Shown piece by piece: positions 53,716 through 59,867 of a stretch of DNA of 64,000 nt. Location: sequence record PP993145.1; one strand, written 5' to 3'. Within the stretch, counting starts at the first letter, position 1; each line of letters starts with the position of its first letter. The position numbers and the translations under genes were made by a program. This DNA comes from Escherichia phage phiP4. The notes under the pieces were generated by a model. That model was not told where the DNA came from. It searched no databases and saw only the letters and a list, made by a program, of their open reading frames with translations.

Positions 53716-53740
53716 ATTTTATTTCCTATTTAAGTTAATT

Positions 53741-53817
53741 TGGGGTGGCTAGTGGAATTCGAATCCACATAGGCCTGATTCACAATCAGGATCATTAACC
53801 AATTATGATATAGCCAC
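53741..53817 (-). tRNA. tRNA-His (GTG)
   Basis: Acceptor GTGGCTA/TAGCCAC, C73, CCA. Anticodon arm CCTGA-TTGTGAA-TCAGG. Confidence 0.8.
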
Positions 53818-53932
53818 AATTGAAAACTCGCAGGGTTAGCGAAACCTTCCTCAATTAGCATGTTCTAGAATACTAATCAAGTTATCTCCTATTGCACGCA
53901 GCTCAAGACGAGTACGAATTTTCAATTGTGGC
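53813..53932 (-). ncRNA. Stem-closed ~120-nt element sharing the 5' acceptor strand of tRNA-His
   Basis: Perfect 14-bp inverted repeat GCCACAATTGAAAA (53813-53826) / TTTTCAATTGTGGC (53919-53932). Confidence 0.4.
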
Positions 53933-54035
53933 GGCTCTCAGAAACTCTTCTACTCTAGCTTTAGCAGCTTACTCCCGAACGCATGTCGGGGAAGTCTTAC
54001 CAAGAGCATCAAATAGCACCGTTACACTTTGAGCC
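53933..54035 (-). ncRNA. Stem-closed ~100-nt structured spacer element
   Basis: Terminal GGCTC/GAGCC pairing and an internal CCCGA-CATGCGT-TCGGG hairpin. No ORF. Confidence 0.25.
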
Positions 54036-54046
54036 ATAGATGTATC

Positions 54047-54178
54047 AAGAAGCAGAAGGATTTGAACCTTCACGAGATAGACCAGTTATCTCAGCCGCTT
54101 TATGAGGTATGTTGCAGGGAGTGGATGTTCCCTATAAACCTTTTAGGCAGCCCCGTCTACCGATTCCGGCATACTTCA
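54047..54178 (-). ncRNA. Oversized tRNA-like gene (132 nt): Leu-like class II scaffold with ~40-nt expansion in the anticodon-loop region, no encoded CCA
   Basis: Acceptor TGAAGTA/TGCTTCT (U1:U72 mismatch), D arm GCCGGAATCGGTAGACGG (resembles E. coli tRNA-Leu), helix GCTGC/GCGGC enclosing 48 nt, variable arm GAGATA-ACTGGTC-TATCTC, T arm GAAGG-TTCAAAT-CCTTC. Confidence 0.45.
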
Positions 54179-54186
54179 AGAATTTT

Positions 54187-54360
54187 TTATAAACCAGCAG
54201 AAGCCTCATTTAAAGCATCAACAATAGCTTCACGTTGGGTCATTCCATACCCGGTGGAATCTAGGTGTGGCAAATAAGCCATCCATCCCTTATCTGTTTC
54301 ATGAAGACATGCTTTAAATTTTTTACCATCCTTCATTGTTACAGTAACTGTTTTGCTCAT
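54187..54360 (-). CDS. HicB/UPF0150-like small protein (57 aa), not in ORF track
   Basis: Hand-translated as MSKTVTVTMKDGKKFKACLHETDKGWMAYLPHLDSTGYGMTQREAIVDALNEASAGL. The pattern G-W-x-A-x-x-P-x-L-x-x-x-G-x-G-x-T-x-x-E-A resembles HicB-type antitoxin N-domains. Confidence 0.4.
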   Translation of the reverse strand: MSKTVTVTMKDGKKFKACLHETDKGWMAYLPHLDSTGYGMTQREAIVDALNEASAGL

Positions 54361-54380
54361 AAGATTTCCTTATAGTTAAT

Positions 54381-54470
54381 TGGCAGAAGATAATGGAGTC
54401 GAACCATCACCGTATCGCTACAGCGGGCTGGTTTTCAAGACCAGTTACGTACCACTACGTCCTATCTTCT
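54381..54470 (-). tRNA. tRNA-Ser (TGA)
   Basis: Acceptor AGAAGAT/ATCTTCT, G73, CCA. Anticodon arm CTGGT-CTTGAAA-ACCAG, with a long variable arm. Confidence 0.8.
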
Positions 54471-54483
54471 AGTATTTATTATA

Positions 54484-54831
54484 CTAATAGTCACTCGTAC
54501 TAGTGAAGTTTTCTACTTTTCCACAGATTTTACAAGTCCTACGATGATAGTAGGTAATTTTTACTTTAGACCAGCCATCGTGATCATTACCTAGGTTTTC
54601 TGTTACTCCCCAAGTATGAGAACACTCATTTTCAATTTGCTTAGTAAGAGCGTTATAGCGAGTATAAAACTCCTCCTGAGCAATAGCAAATTCTTTCTGT
54701 AGTTTATCACGAGCAATAATAGCACGTTCCAGATATGTTAAATCAGGCATTCCAGCTTTTTCAGCAACATCTATAATCTTATCTTCATCTAAAGATGCTA
54801 AAAACTCTAGAGCTTTATCTTTTGTTAGCAT
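54484..54831 (-). CDS. Hypothetical protein with C-terminal zinc-ribbon-like motif (115 aa)
   Basis: CSH...CKIC motif. Confidence 0.55.
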   Translation of the reverse strand: MLTKDKALEFLASLDEDKIIDVAEKAGMPDLTYLERAIIARDKLQKEFAIAQEEFYTRYNALTKQIENECSHTWGVTENLGNDHDGWSKVKITYYHRRTCKICGKVENFTSTSDY

Positions 54832-54850
54832 TATTATTACCTCAAGTGTT

Positions 54851-54941
54851 TGGCGGAAGAGGAGAGATTTGAACTCTCAAGCCGTTTTACCAGTCAGCCA
54901 CTTTCCAAGCGGTTTTCGTCACCAATTCGATTTGCTCTTCC
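54851..54941 (-). tRNA. tRNA-Ser (GGA)
   Basis: Acceptor GGAAGAG/CTCTTCC, G73, CCA. Anticodon loop TTGGAAA, with a long variable arm. Confidence 0.75.
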
Positions 54942-54961
54942 AATAATAAGATGATGCCTCT

Positions 54962-55040
54962 ATCACACCAGGCAGTTACGCCTCGCTGGGATTCGAACCC
55001 ATTAAAACAGCTCAACCGAGATAGTAGGTTTAATTTACTC
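54962..55040 (-). pseudogene. tRNA remnant (intact T arm TGGG-TTCGAAT-CCCA with no matching 5' half)
   Basis: A T-arm consensus is present, but I could not build a full cloverleaf. An alternative hairpin AGGC-GTAACT-GCCT exists. Confidence 0.3.
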
Positions 55041-55053
55041 TGACCATCAAATT

Positions 55054-55130
55054 TGGTGCGTGACAAGGGATTCGAACCCTCAAAACCCGACTTCTAAGGA
55101 CGGTATGTATGCCAATTCCATCAATCACGC
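55054..55130 (-). tRNA. tRNA with TAG (Leu) anticodon but a short 5-nt variable loop
   Basis: Acceptor GCGTGAT/GTCACGC, A73, CCA. Leu-like D region ATGGAATTGGCATACAT, anticodon arm CCGTC-CTTAGAA-GTCGG (one U:U mismatch), variable GTTTT. Confidence 0.65.
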
Positions 55131-55135
55131 ATATT

Positions 55136-55214
55136 TGGTGGAGAATAACGGAATCGAACCGTTCTGATGTCCTCGGTGCAAGCGAGGTGTCCACTCCATG
55201 CAGACCCATTCCCC
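55136..55214 (-). tRNA. tRNA-Ala (TGC)
   Basis: G3:U70 identity pair is present (GGGGAAT/ATTCTCC). Anticodon arm CCTCG-CTTGCAC-CGAGG, encoded CCA. Confidence 0.85.
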
Positions 55215-55230
55215 AAATTCTTTAGTTTAC

Positions 55231-55410
55231 TAAGGCTATTAGCTCGGCGTAACTACAGCACCTTCGCTTCGAGCGGAAGGAACTGCGTCATCTCGCAAAC
55301 CCAATACACTATTCAGTTGCCGCTGAATCTAGTGGACCAATCTAGAACTTCTCCCGAATCAGGGGGATCGTGCTTTTTGGCAGCCAGTCCTAGGTCGAGC
55401 TAATACCTTA
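55231..55410 (-). ncRNA. Stem-closed ~180-nt structured leader element upstream of tRNA-Ala
   Basis: A ~15-bp long-range helix (TAAGGCTATTAGCTCG at 55231 / CGAGCTAATACCTTA at 55396) encloses several hairpins (TCTAG/CTAGA, TTCAG/CTGAA, CCTTC..GAAGG). No credible ORF. Confidence 0.35.
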
Positions 55411-55452
55411 GTGAACTATGATGAGGATTTCTCCTCATCAATTTATATAAAT

Positions 55453-55481
55453 ATTATAACAAGAAATTAAGCATCAAGCAA
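55453..55481 (-). promoter_or_regulatory. T5 early-type promoter (-35 TTGCTT, 17 bp, -10 TATAAT) driving a tRNA operon
   Basis: The plus strand reads attata-N17-aagcaa. Confidence 0.65.
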
Positions 55482-55500
55482 CTGCGTTTTTTCTTGAAAT

Positions 55501-55579
55501 TGGTAGATCGCCTGGGACTCGAACCCAGAACCTTCCGATTAAAAGTCGGATGCTACTAAACCTATTGAGCTAGCGATCT
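55501..55579 (-). tRNA. tRNA-Lys (TTT)
   Basis: Acceptor AGATCGC/GCGATCT, A73, CCA. Anticodon arm TCCGA-CTTTTAA-TCGGA. Confidence 0.8.
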
Positions 55580-55580
55580 A

Positions 55581-55748
55581 TTAGTAACCATTATACACTT
55601 CTTTAATAGAGTGGACTTTTAAGTAAGGGTGATTAGTACTAAACTCTACCATTACTTCATCCCAATTTTTACCATAATGAGCAAGTAAGGATTTTGATGT
55701 ATTCTTACCTAATCGTTTATCACTTACTACTAATCGAAATACTTTCAT
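55581..55748 (-). CDS. Small protein (55 aa), not in ORF track
   Basis: Hand-translated as MKVFRLVVSDKRLGKNTSKSLLAHYGKNWDEVMVEFSTNHPYLKVHSIKEVYNGY. Its stop abuts tRNA-Lys. Confidence 0.4.
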   Translation of the reverse strand: MKVFRLVVSDKRLGKNTSKSLLAHYGKNWDEVMVEFSTNHPYLKVHSIKEVYNGY

Positions 55749-55768
55749 TTCGAAATCCTCTATTAAAA

Positions 55769-55846
55769 TGGAAGCGGGTGCAGGAATCGAACCTACCTCT
55801 TTCTAGCTTATGAGACTAGCGATCTCTACCAGAGATCTAACCCGCG
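55769..55846 (-). tRNA. tRNA with CAT anticodon and a C1:U72 mismatch (possible initiator-type)
   Basis: Acceptor CGCGGGT/ACCCGCT has an unpaired 1:72 position, reminiscent of the bacterial initiator C1:A72 mismatch. Anticodon arm CTAGT-CTCATAA-GCTAG, encoded CCA. Confidence 0.65.
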
Positions 55847-55852
55847 ATTATT

Positions 55853-55928
55853 TGGTCAGTGCGGCAGGACTCGAACCTGCGACCCGAAGCATCCAAGGCT
55901 CCCACGCTACCAACTGCGCTACGCACTG
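55853..55928 (-). tRNA. tRNA-Pro (TGG)
   Basis: C1:G72 (CAGTGCG/CGCACTG), A73, CCA. Anticodon arm GGAGC-CTTGGAT-GCTTC. Confidence 0.8.
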
Positions 55929-55959
55929 TTAATTTTTGTTAACTCACTTTATAAGATAT

Positions 55960-55988
55960 ATTATACAGAGAATTAAGCAGAATAGCAA
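55960..55988 (-). promoter_or_regulatory. T5 early-type promoter (-35 TTGCTA, 17 bp, -10 TATAAT) driving a tRNA operon
   Basis: The plus strand reads attata-N17-tagcaa. Confidence 0.65.
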
Positions 55989-56008
55989 ATGAATTTTTAA
56001 TAAATTTA

Positions 56009-56122
56009 CTTATTGTGTAGGCCACCTAGAGGCTATGAACCCCACGGCTGACAAAGAAGTTTGCGAGACTTCTCTTAAATGCCAGAATAGACCCGCCGAT
56101 CTATCGGAACCTACATAATAAG
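56009..56122 (-). ncRNA. Stem-closed 114-nt structured element
   Basis: 13-bp terminal helix CTTATTGTGTAGG (56009) / CCTACATAATAAG (56110) with one mismatch. Internal 6-bp stem AGAAGT-CTCGCAA-ACTTCT with a 7-nt loop. Confidence 0.35.
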
Positions 56123-56137
56123 TAAACTTTATAGTGT

Positions 56138-56258
56138 CATTCTAGACAGGACTCGAACCTGTTATCACTTGTGCGGACTTACGAGAACCATTCTTTCACT
56201 CGAATCGAACGAGCTTCTGCCCTCGCCAAGCTGGTTTCCCCATCAACCACGCTAGAAT
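56138..56258 (-). ncRNA. Oversized tRNA-like gene (121 nt) with perfect 7-bp acceptor, canonical T arm and an internal second T-arm-like hairpin; no encoded CCA
   Basis: Acceptor ATTCTAG/CTAGAAT, T arm ACAGG-TTCGAGT-CCTGT, internal GCTCG-TTCGATT-CGAGT, D-like stem TGGTT...AACCA. Confidence 0.4.
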
Positions 56259-56271
56259 GTTTGATTGTTTT

Positions 56272-56372
56272 CAGTGCAAGAGTCCGAGTCTTGGACACGA
56301 CCGCTTCGCAAGTACATAGGCAGCTTATCATGAGTCAGCACTTCCGAATTGCTAGCTCCGTGTTCTGCACTG
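56272..56372 (-). ncRNA. Stem-closed ~100-nt structured element
   Basis: 7-bp terminal helix CAGTGCA (56272) / TGCACTG (56366). No credible ORF; 56171..56389 (+) is judged spurious. Confidence 0.25.
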
Positions 56373-56380
56373 AAATTTTA

Positions 56381-56728
56381 TTAGTTTAACCGTAAAGTAT
56401 TATCTACTTCACCATTAATTGTTCGGCATTCTTCTGGGATTGCCGGGGTAGCCTTATATTCCCACCACTCAGCACCATCATATTCCCCACGTTCTAACCA
56501 AGTTCCATCGGCAAACCATACATTACCATAAAGTAATTGTCCACCGTATCCAGAATCATATTCAAAGTCTAGGTTATTAAGAAAATCCTCAATATCTTCT
56601 TCTGTATAACCTAAAGGTAATACCCAAACTTTTTTATCCCCATAATACCCGAATTCTATTTTAATACACTTAACTTCAGAATTAGTATTTTTTAAGGCAA
56701 GTAACAACTCTTCTTTAGCATTACGCAT
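56381..56728 (-). CDS. Hypothetical protein (115 aa)
   Basis: ORF rich in Trp/Tyr/Glu. Confidence 0.55.
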   Translation of the reverse strand: MRNAKEELLLALKNTNSEVKCIKIEFGYYGDKKVWVLPLGYTEEDIEDFLNNLDFEYDSGYGGQLLYGNVWFADGTWLERGEYDGAEWWEYKATPAIPEECRTINGEVDNTLRLN

Positions 56729-56753
56729 AATATATTCTCATACTGAATTAATT

Positions 56754-56830
56754 TGGCGCGACCGATGGGATTCGAACCCACATTCTCTCCCGTGACAGGG
56801 GAGTACCATTACCAAGCCAGCCCCGGTCGC
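56754..56830 (-). tRNA. tRNA-Asp (GTC)
   Basis: Acceptor GCGACCG/CGGTCGC, G73, CCA. Anticodon arm CTCCC-CTGTCAC-GGGAG. Confidence 0.85.
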
Positions 56831-56839
56831 ATGATCTGT

Positions 56840-57025
56840 TTATTCAGCTTTGAGTTTTTCAATAGCTGCATTAAGTTCTTTAAGAAACTCTTTTCGTACA
56901 TTAAGACGATTGAGACTTACTAGTATATCATGTTTAAGTTCTTCGATGTATTTCTTCTCAACTTCAATATTGTTGATAGTGCTATCACGATGAACTTCTA
57001 ACTGTGCAATTACATTCTTGGACAT
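56840..57025 (-). CDS. Coiled-coil protein (61 aa)
   Basis: ORF only; no motif recognised. Confidence 0.45.
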   Translation of the reverse strand: MSKNVIAQLEVHRDSTINNIEVEKKYIEELKHDILVSLNRLNVRKEFLKELNAAIEKLKAE

Positions 57026-57052
57026 GCTTATTTCCTCAGTTATTAATGAAAA

Positions 57053-57125
57053 TGGTATCTGTGGCTGAATTCGATGTCAGCAATGATAGCTGGTTGGCTA
57101 CCGGTTTACTTAACTCTACACAGAA
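57053..57125 (-). pseudogene. Non-canonical tRNA-like gene (73 nt) with encoded ACCA end but aberrant D arm and 6-8-nt anticodon loop lacking U33
   Basis: Acceptor TTCTGTG/CACAGAT (U1:U72 mismatch), stem GGTAGC-CAACCA-GCTATC, T arm GCTGA-CATCGAAT-TCAGC. It lies 2 nt from the next tRNA. Confidence 0.35.
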
Positions 57126-57127
57126 TT

Positions 57128-57210
57128 TGGCGGGCCGTGTAGGATTCGAACCTACGTTGTCTTTCGACATGGATTAACAGTCCACCGCCAAACCGCTTGG
57201 CTAACGACCC
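57128..57210 (-). tRNA. tRNA with GTT (Asn) anticodon and a 13-nt long variable arm (class II-like)
   Basis: Acceptor GGGTCGT/ACGGCCC, G73, CCA. Anticodon arm GTGGA-CTGTTAA-TCCAT (like E. coli tRNA-Asn), variable region GTCGAAAGACAAC (GTC-GAAA-GAC hairpin), T arm GTAGG-TTCGAAT-CCTAC. Confidence 0.65.
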
Positions 57211-57219
57211 TAAATTTAT

Positions 57220-57360
57220 ATTGCTGACTAGGATTTTCACCTAGACGGAGTTAGCACCGTAGCGTGTAGCGGCATACCTCTCCAAACCGTGCCTCATCTT
57301 TCAATTACGGAGACAGTGTTCCTACGCGTGCCTGAATTGATTTAACAATTCTTTCAGCAA
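57220..57360 (-). ncRNA. Oversized tRNA-like element (141 nt): perfect 7-bp terminal helix plus T-arm-like hairpin
   Basis: TTGCTGA/TCAGCAA terminal helix, CTAGG-TGAAAAT-CCTAG hairpin adjacent to the 3' strand, GAATTG-TTAAAT-CAATTC stem near the 5' end. It lies 2 nt upstream of tRNA-Cys. Confidence 0.35.
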
Positions 57361-57362
57361 AT

Positions 57363-57438
57363 TGGACGACCGCATGAGATTTGAACTCACATAAAAAGGA
57401 TTTGCAATCCTTCGCCTAAGCCATTCAGCCAACGGTCG
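57363..57438 (-). tRNA. tRNA-Cys (GCA)
   Basis: U73 (the Cys identity element). Acceptor CGACCGT/GCGGTCG, anticodon arm AAGGA-TTGCAAA-TCCTT, encoded CCA. Confidence 0.8.
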
Positions 57439-57505
57439 ATTTATTATCTTTCATAACGTGCAGCTACATGGTCGGAACCACAACACTTAAATCTAACTAA
57501 TCGTT

Positions 57506-57730
57506 TCATTTAACACGCTCCGGTAGATCTTCTAGTTTATATTCAGTAGCCACATTAGCAGCATCTAAAAGTAATCCCATGTGTTTAAGGATTTTAGTGA
57601 TAGATTCGCCTTTGGCTTCTTCTACGAAAGAACGTAGATGAACAAAGTCAATTCCACCGTCCATACCAGAGAAAATATTTAGTAAGCGAAGCATTACCAG
57701 CTTACGTTCATTCAATTCTTGTTCTGTCAT
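57506..57730 (-). CDS. Hypothetical protein (74 aa from SD-preceded ATG 57730)
   Basis: TGGAGAAGCAACATG context, downstream of the promoter at 57760. Confidence 0.5.
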   Translation of the reverse strand: MTEQELNERKLVMLRLLNIFSGMDGGIDFVHLRSFVEEAKGESITKILKHMGLLLDAANVATEYKLEDLPERVK

Positions 57731-57759
57731 GTTGCTTCTCCAGTTCAATTTATATAATT

Positions 57760-57788
57760 ATTATACAGAACTTTTGGAAACTAAGCAA
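57760..57788 (-). promoter_or_regulatory. T5 early-type promoter (-35 TTGCTT, 17 bp, -10 TATAAT)
   Basis: The plus strand reads attata-N17-aagcaa. Confidence 0.65.
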
Positions 57789-58068
57789 CTACATTTTTTA
57801 AGAATTTGATGCCTTTCTTTTTCTTCTTATATTTCCACGTTAAGGGATTCTGTCGATTATGAACGCTTGAGATCTTCGTCTCGTCAAAGTTCTTCAATAT
57901 CATGTAATCACAAGATAATTGTTCTAGTGGAATGTGATCACCGTCAAAAGCGTATACATAAGGCTGTTGACTAGCACGATAATGATAGACTTTGTTAATT
58001 CTACGTTTCAGCGACTTATCCGCGCAGTAAATAAAGAAGTTTTCAGGATGCATCAGCAGCTCCTTCAA
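57781..58068 (-). CDS. Hypothetical basic protein (95 aa)
   Basis: ORF whose 3' end overlaps the next promoter. Confidence 0.5.
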   Translation of the reverse strand: MKELLMHPENFFIYCADKSLKRRINKVYHYRASQQPYVYAFDGDHIPLEQLSCDYMILKNFDETKISSVHNRQNPLTWKYKKKKKGIKFLKNVVA

Positions 58069-58070
58069 TT

Positions 58071-58145
58071 TGGTGCACCCTGTTCGTATCGAACGAACCT
58101 CTCAAGCTCTTCAGGCAAGCGCTAATCCATCTCAGCTAAAGGTGC
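58071..58145 (-). tRNA. tRNA-Phe (GAA)
   Basis: Acceptor GCACCTT/AGGGTGC, A73, CCA. Anticodon loop CTGAAGA (stem has two U:U mismatches), T arm GTTCG-TTCGATA-CGAAC. Confidence 0.65.
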
Positions 58146-58152
58146 AAATTTT

Positions 58153-58229
58153 TGGCAAACCTACTAGGACTCGAACCTAGACCGTACGGTTTTGGAGACC
58201 GACATGCTGTCCAGTAACACTCTAGGAAT
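58153..58229 (-). tRNA. tRNA-Trp (CCA)
   Basis: Anticodon arm CGGT-CTCCAAA-ACCG (like E. coli tRNA-Trp), G73, CCA. The acceptor ATTCCTA/TAGGTTT has two U:U mismatches. Confidence 0.6.
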
Positions 58230-58237
58230 GCAGGAAT

Positions 58238-58314
58238 TGGCGTCCTGTGAGGGGATCGAACCCGCAAATCCTACCTTGAAAGGGTAGTGACTTTACCAGT
58301 TTGTCTAACAGGAC
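58238..58314 (-). tRNA. tRNA-Glu (TTC)
   Basis: Acceptor GTCCTGT/ACAGGAC, G73, CCA. Anticodon arm CTACC-CTTTCAA-GGTAG. Confidence 0.8.
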
Positions 58315-58320
58315 TTAAAT

Positions 58321-58408
58321 TGGTGGGGAAAGATGGAGTCGAACCACCCGAGTCGCAATGACAACTGATTTACAGTCAGCTCTGCTACCACTTACAGAAT
58401 ATTTCCCC
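58321..58408 (-). tRNA. tRNA-Tyr (GTA)
   Basis: Acceptor GGGGAAA/TTTCCCC, A73, CCA. Anticodon arm GCTGA-CTGTAAA-TCAGT, with a long variable arm. Confidence 0.8.
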
Positions 58409-58474
58409 ATATTTAGAAGTATTCAAAAAATTCTCATTTAAACACTTTTAAATATGTTTCCAAATTAGATAAAT

Positions 58475-58503
58475 ATTATATCAAGTTTTATAGCACTGAG
58501 CAA
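58475..58503 (-). promoter_or_regulatory. T5 early-type promoter (-35 TTGCTC, 17 bp, -10 TATAAT) driving the Tyr-Glu-Trp-Phe tRNA operon
   Basis: The plus strand reads attata-N17-gagcaa. Confidence 0.6.
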
Positions 58504-58539
58504 GTCAAATTTTAAAGAACTTGCTCAGTGCTGTATTAG

Positions 58540-58815
58540 TTAGTCGAACTTAGGAGTGACAGTTAAGGAGAATGGAAGTTCGAAAACTTCTTCACCCTCA
58601 TCACTAACAGTAATTACACGACCTTTAAGTTCAGACATTGAAATATCAATATCAGCTTTTGCATCTGGAGCCATGCCAGCTTCAACACATTTAGCTTTAA
58701 TTTCCGGTAGAAGTTCTACATCGTAGAAATAAAGCCATTCAATCTCACCTTCCCAGCCTTCCCAGGATTTACAGATTGCACTTTCAATACCAGCTGCTAT
58801 AACACGATTTTGCAT
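58540..58815 (-). CDS. Hypothetical acidic protein (91 aa)
   Basis: ORF downstream of the promoter at 58846. Confidence 0.55.
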   Translation of the reverse strand: MQNRVIAAGIESAICKSWEGWEGEIEWLYFYDVELLPEIKAKCVEAGMAPDAKADIDISMSELKGRVITVSDEGEEVFELPFSLTVTPKFD

Positions 58816-58845
58816 TCGTTAACTCCTCCATCAATTTATATAACT

Positions 58846-58875
58846 ATTATACCAGAAATTTAAAGCAAAAGGCAA
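58846..58875 (-). promoter_or_regulatory. T5 early-type promoter (-35 TTGCCT, 18 bp, -10 TATAAT)
   Basis: The plus strand reads attata-N18-aggcaa. Confidence 0.55.
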
Positions 58876-58905
58876 GTACATTTTTAAAAATTCTGTTTGG
58901 AAGAG

Positions 58906-59112
58906 CTAAACTCCAGACTCTTCAGCCAAGTCTAGACTAATAAGAGATATAGCCATAATTGCTGCTCCATGTTCTTTTTCTCCAGTTTCTTTAGCTAGAG
59001 TTATAATATCAAGAAATTGCTTATGAAAATCTGCAACCTCTTGAGTTAAACCCGCCTCAGCAATCATACCTTTAAGCATGAAACGTTGTGCGGTAATTTC
59101 AGGATTAGCCAT
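58906..59112 (-). CDS. Hypothetical protein (68 aa)
   Basis: ORF only; no motif recognised. Confidence 0.5.
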   Translation of the reverse strand: MANPEITAQRFMLKGMIAEAGLTQEVADFHKQFLDIITLAKETGEKEHGAAIMAISLISLDLAEESGV

Positions 59113-59272
59113 GTTGTTTCTCCAGTTTCATCTTTAATAGTCTACAAATAAAATCAATGTCTTCATCCGTGCCTAGATCTCTATCTTCAAGAGTTGCCTT
59201 GAAGTTTTTAGTCAATTCCATGAGAATAACTTCTCTAGAACGACGTGTTGGCGGAGGTGGATGTCTATACAT
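59105..59272 (-). CDS. Small protein (55 aa), not in ORF track
   Basis: Hand-translated as MYRHPPPPTRRSREVILMELTKNFKATLEDRDLGTDEDIDFICRLLKMKLEKQHG. It overlaps the downstream start by 8 nt. Confidence 0.4.
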   Translation of the reverse strand: MYRHPPPPTRRSREVILMELTKNFKATLEDRDLGTDEDIDFICRLLKMKLEKQHG

Positions 59273-59287
59273 CTTATTTCCTTAATT

Positions 59288-59364
59288 TGGTAGGGGTGGT
59301 GGGATTCGAACCCACAAAACCTGAATTTTAAGTCCAGTACCTATGCCAATTCGATTACACCCCC
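59288..59364 (-). tRNA. tRNA with TAA (Leu) anticodon but a short 5-nt variable loop
   Basis: Acceptor GGGGGTG/CACCCCT, A73, CCA. D region ATCGAATTGGCATAGGT, anticodon arm CTGGA-CTTAAAA-TTCAG, variable GTTTT, T arm GTGGG-TTCGAAT-CCCAC. Confidence 0.7.
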
Positions 59365-59465
59365 ATGTAATCAGTTTATTAGTTGATACATATTATAGCC
59401 TAGTGAAAATCCTACTACTAATCCCACAAACCAACCAATATAATAATCTTTTAGTTTCACAGGTA

Positions 59466-59651
59466 TTATCCTCGTTCAATATCTAGGGAAATACCGCAGT
59501 TAGGATTAATACCTGTACCATTGCAATTTGCGCAAACCCAGATATTGCAAAAAGTATCTCCTGCTTCTGCATCAGAACTTTCACCAATTCCCCTACACTC
59601 AGGGCAGGCACATTCCTCTAGCTCTTGCTTGAGTTCTTGAAACTTGGACAT
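59466..59651 (-). CDS. Zinc-ribbon protein (61 aa)
   Basis: CPECRG...CANCNG, two CxxC pairs. Confidence 0.55.
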   Translation of the reverse strand: MSKFQELKQELEECACPECRGIGESSDAEAGDTFCNIWVCANCNGTGINPNCGISLDIERG

Positions 59652-59659
59652 ATAGTCTC

Positions 59660-59848
59660 CTAGTTAATTACTTTTGAGGCTTCTAAAGCATTGACGTAGT
59701 AAACATCTTCTACATTATACATATAGTCTACTACTTTGTCCATAGCATGGAGTTCAGATGTAGCCTTTACTAGTCTGTACCCTTGCTTAAACTCGTCCGA
59801 ATGTTCTCTATCTTGTGCAAATTTAACAGAAACTATGAATAATTCCAT
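59660..59848 (-). CDS. Hypothetical protein (62 aa)
   Basis: ORF only; no motif recognised. Confidence 0.5.
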   Translation of the reverse strand: MELFIVSVKFAQDREHSDEFKQGYRLVKATSELHAMDKVVDYMYNVEDVYYVNALEASKVIN

Positions 59849-59867
59849 TAGTTGTCCTTATTTAATT

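Noticed and set aside
52941-56389. Plus-strand ORFs 52941..53336, 54029..54277, 55167..55403 and 56171..56389
   Set aside because: They run antisense across tRNA genes or structured spacers and have no SD. Their translations look compositionally like read-through of tRNA sequence.
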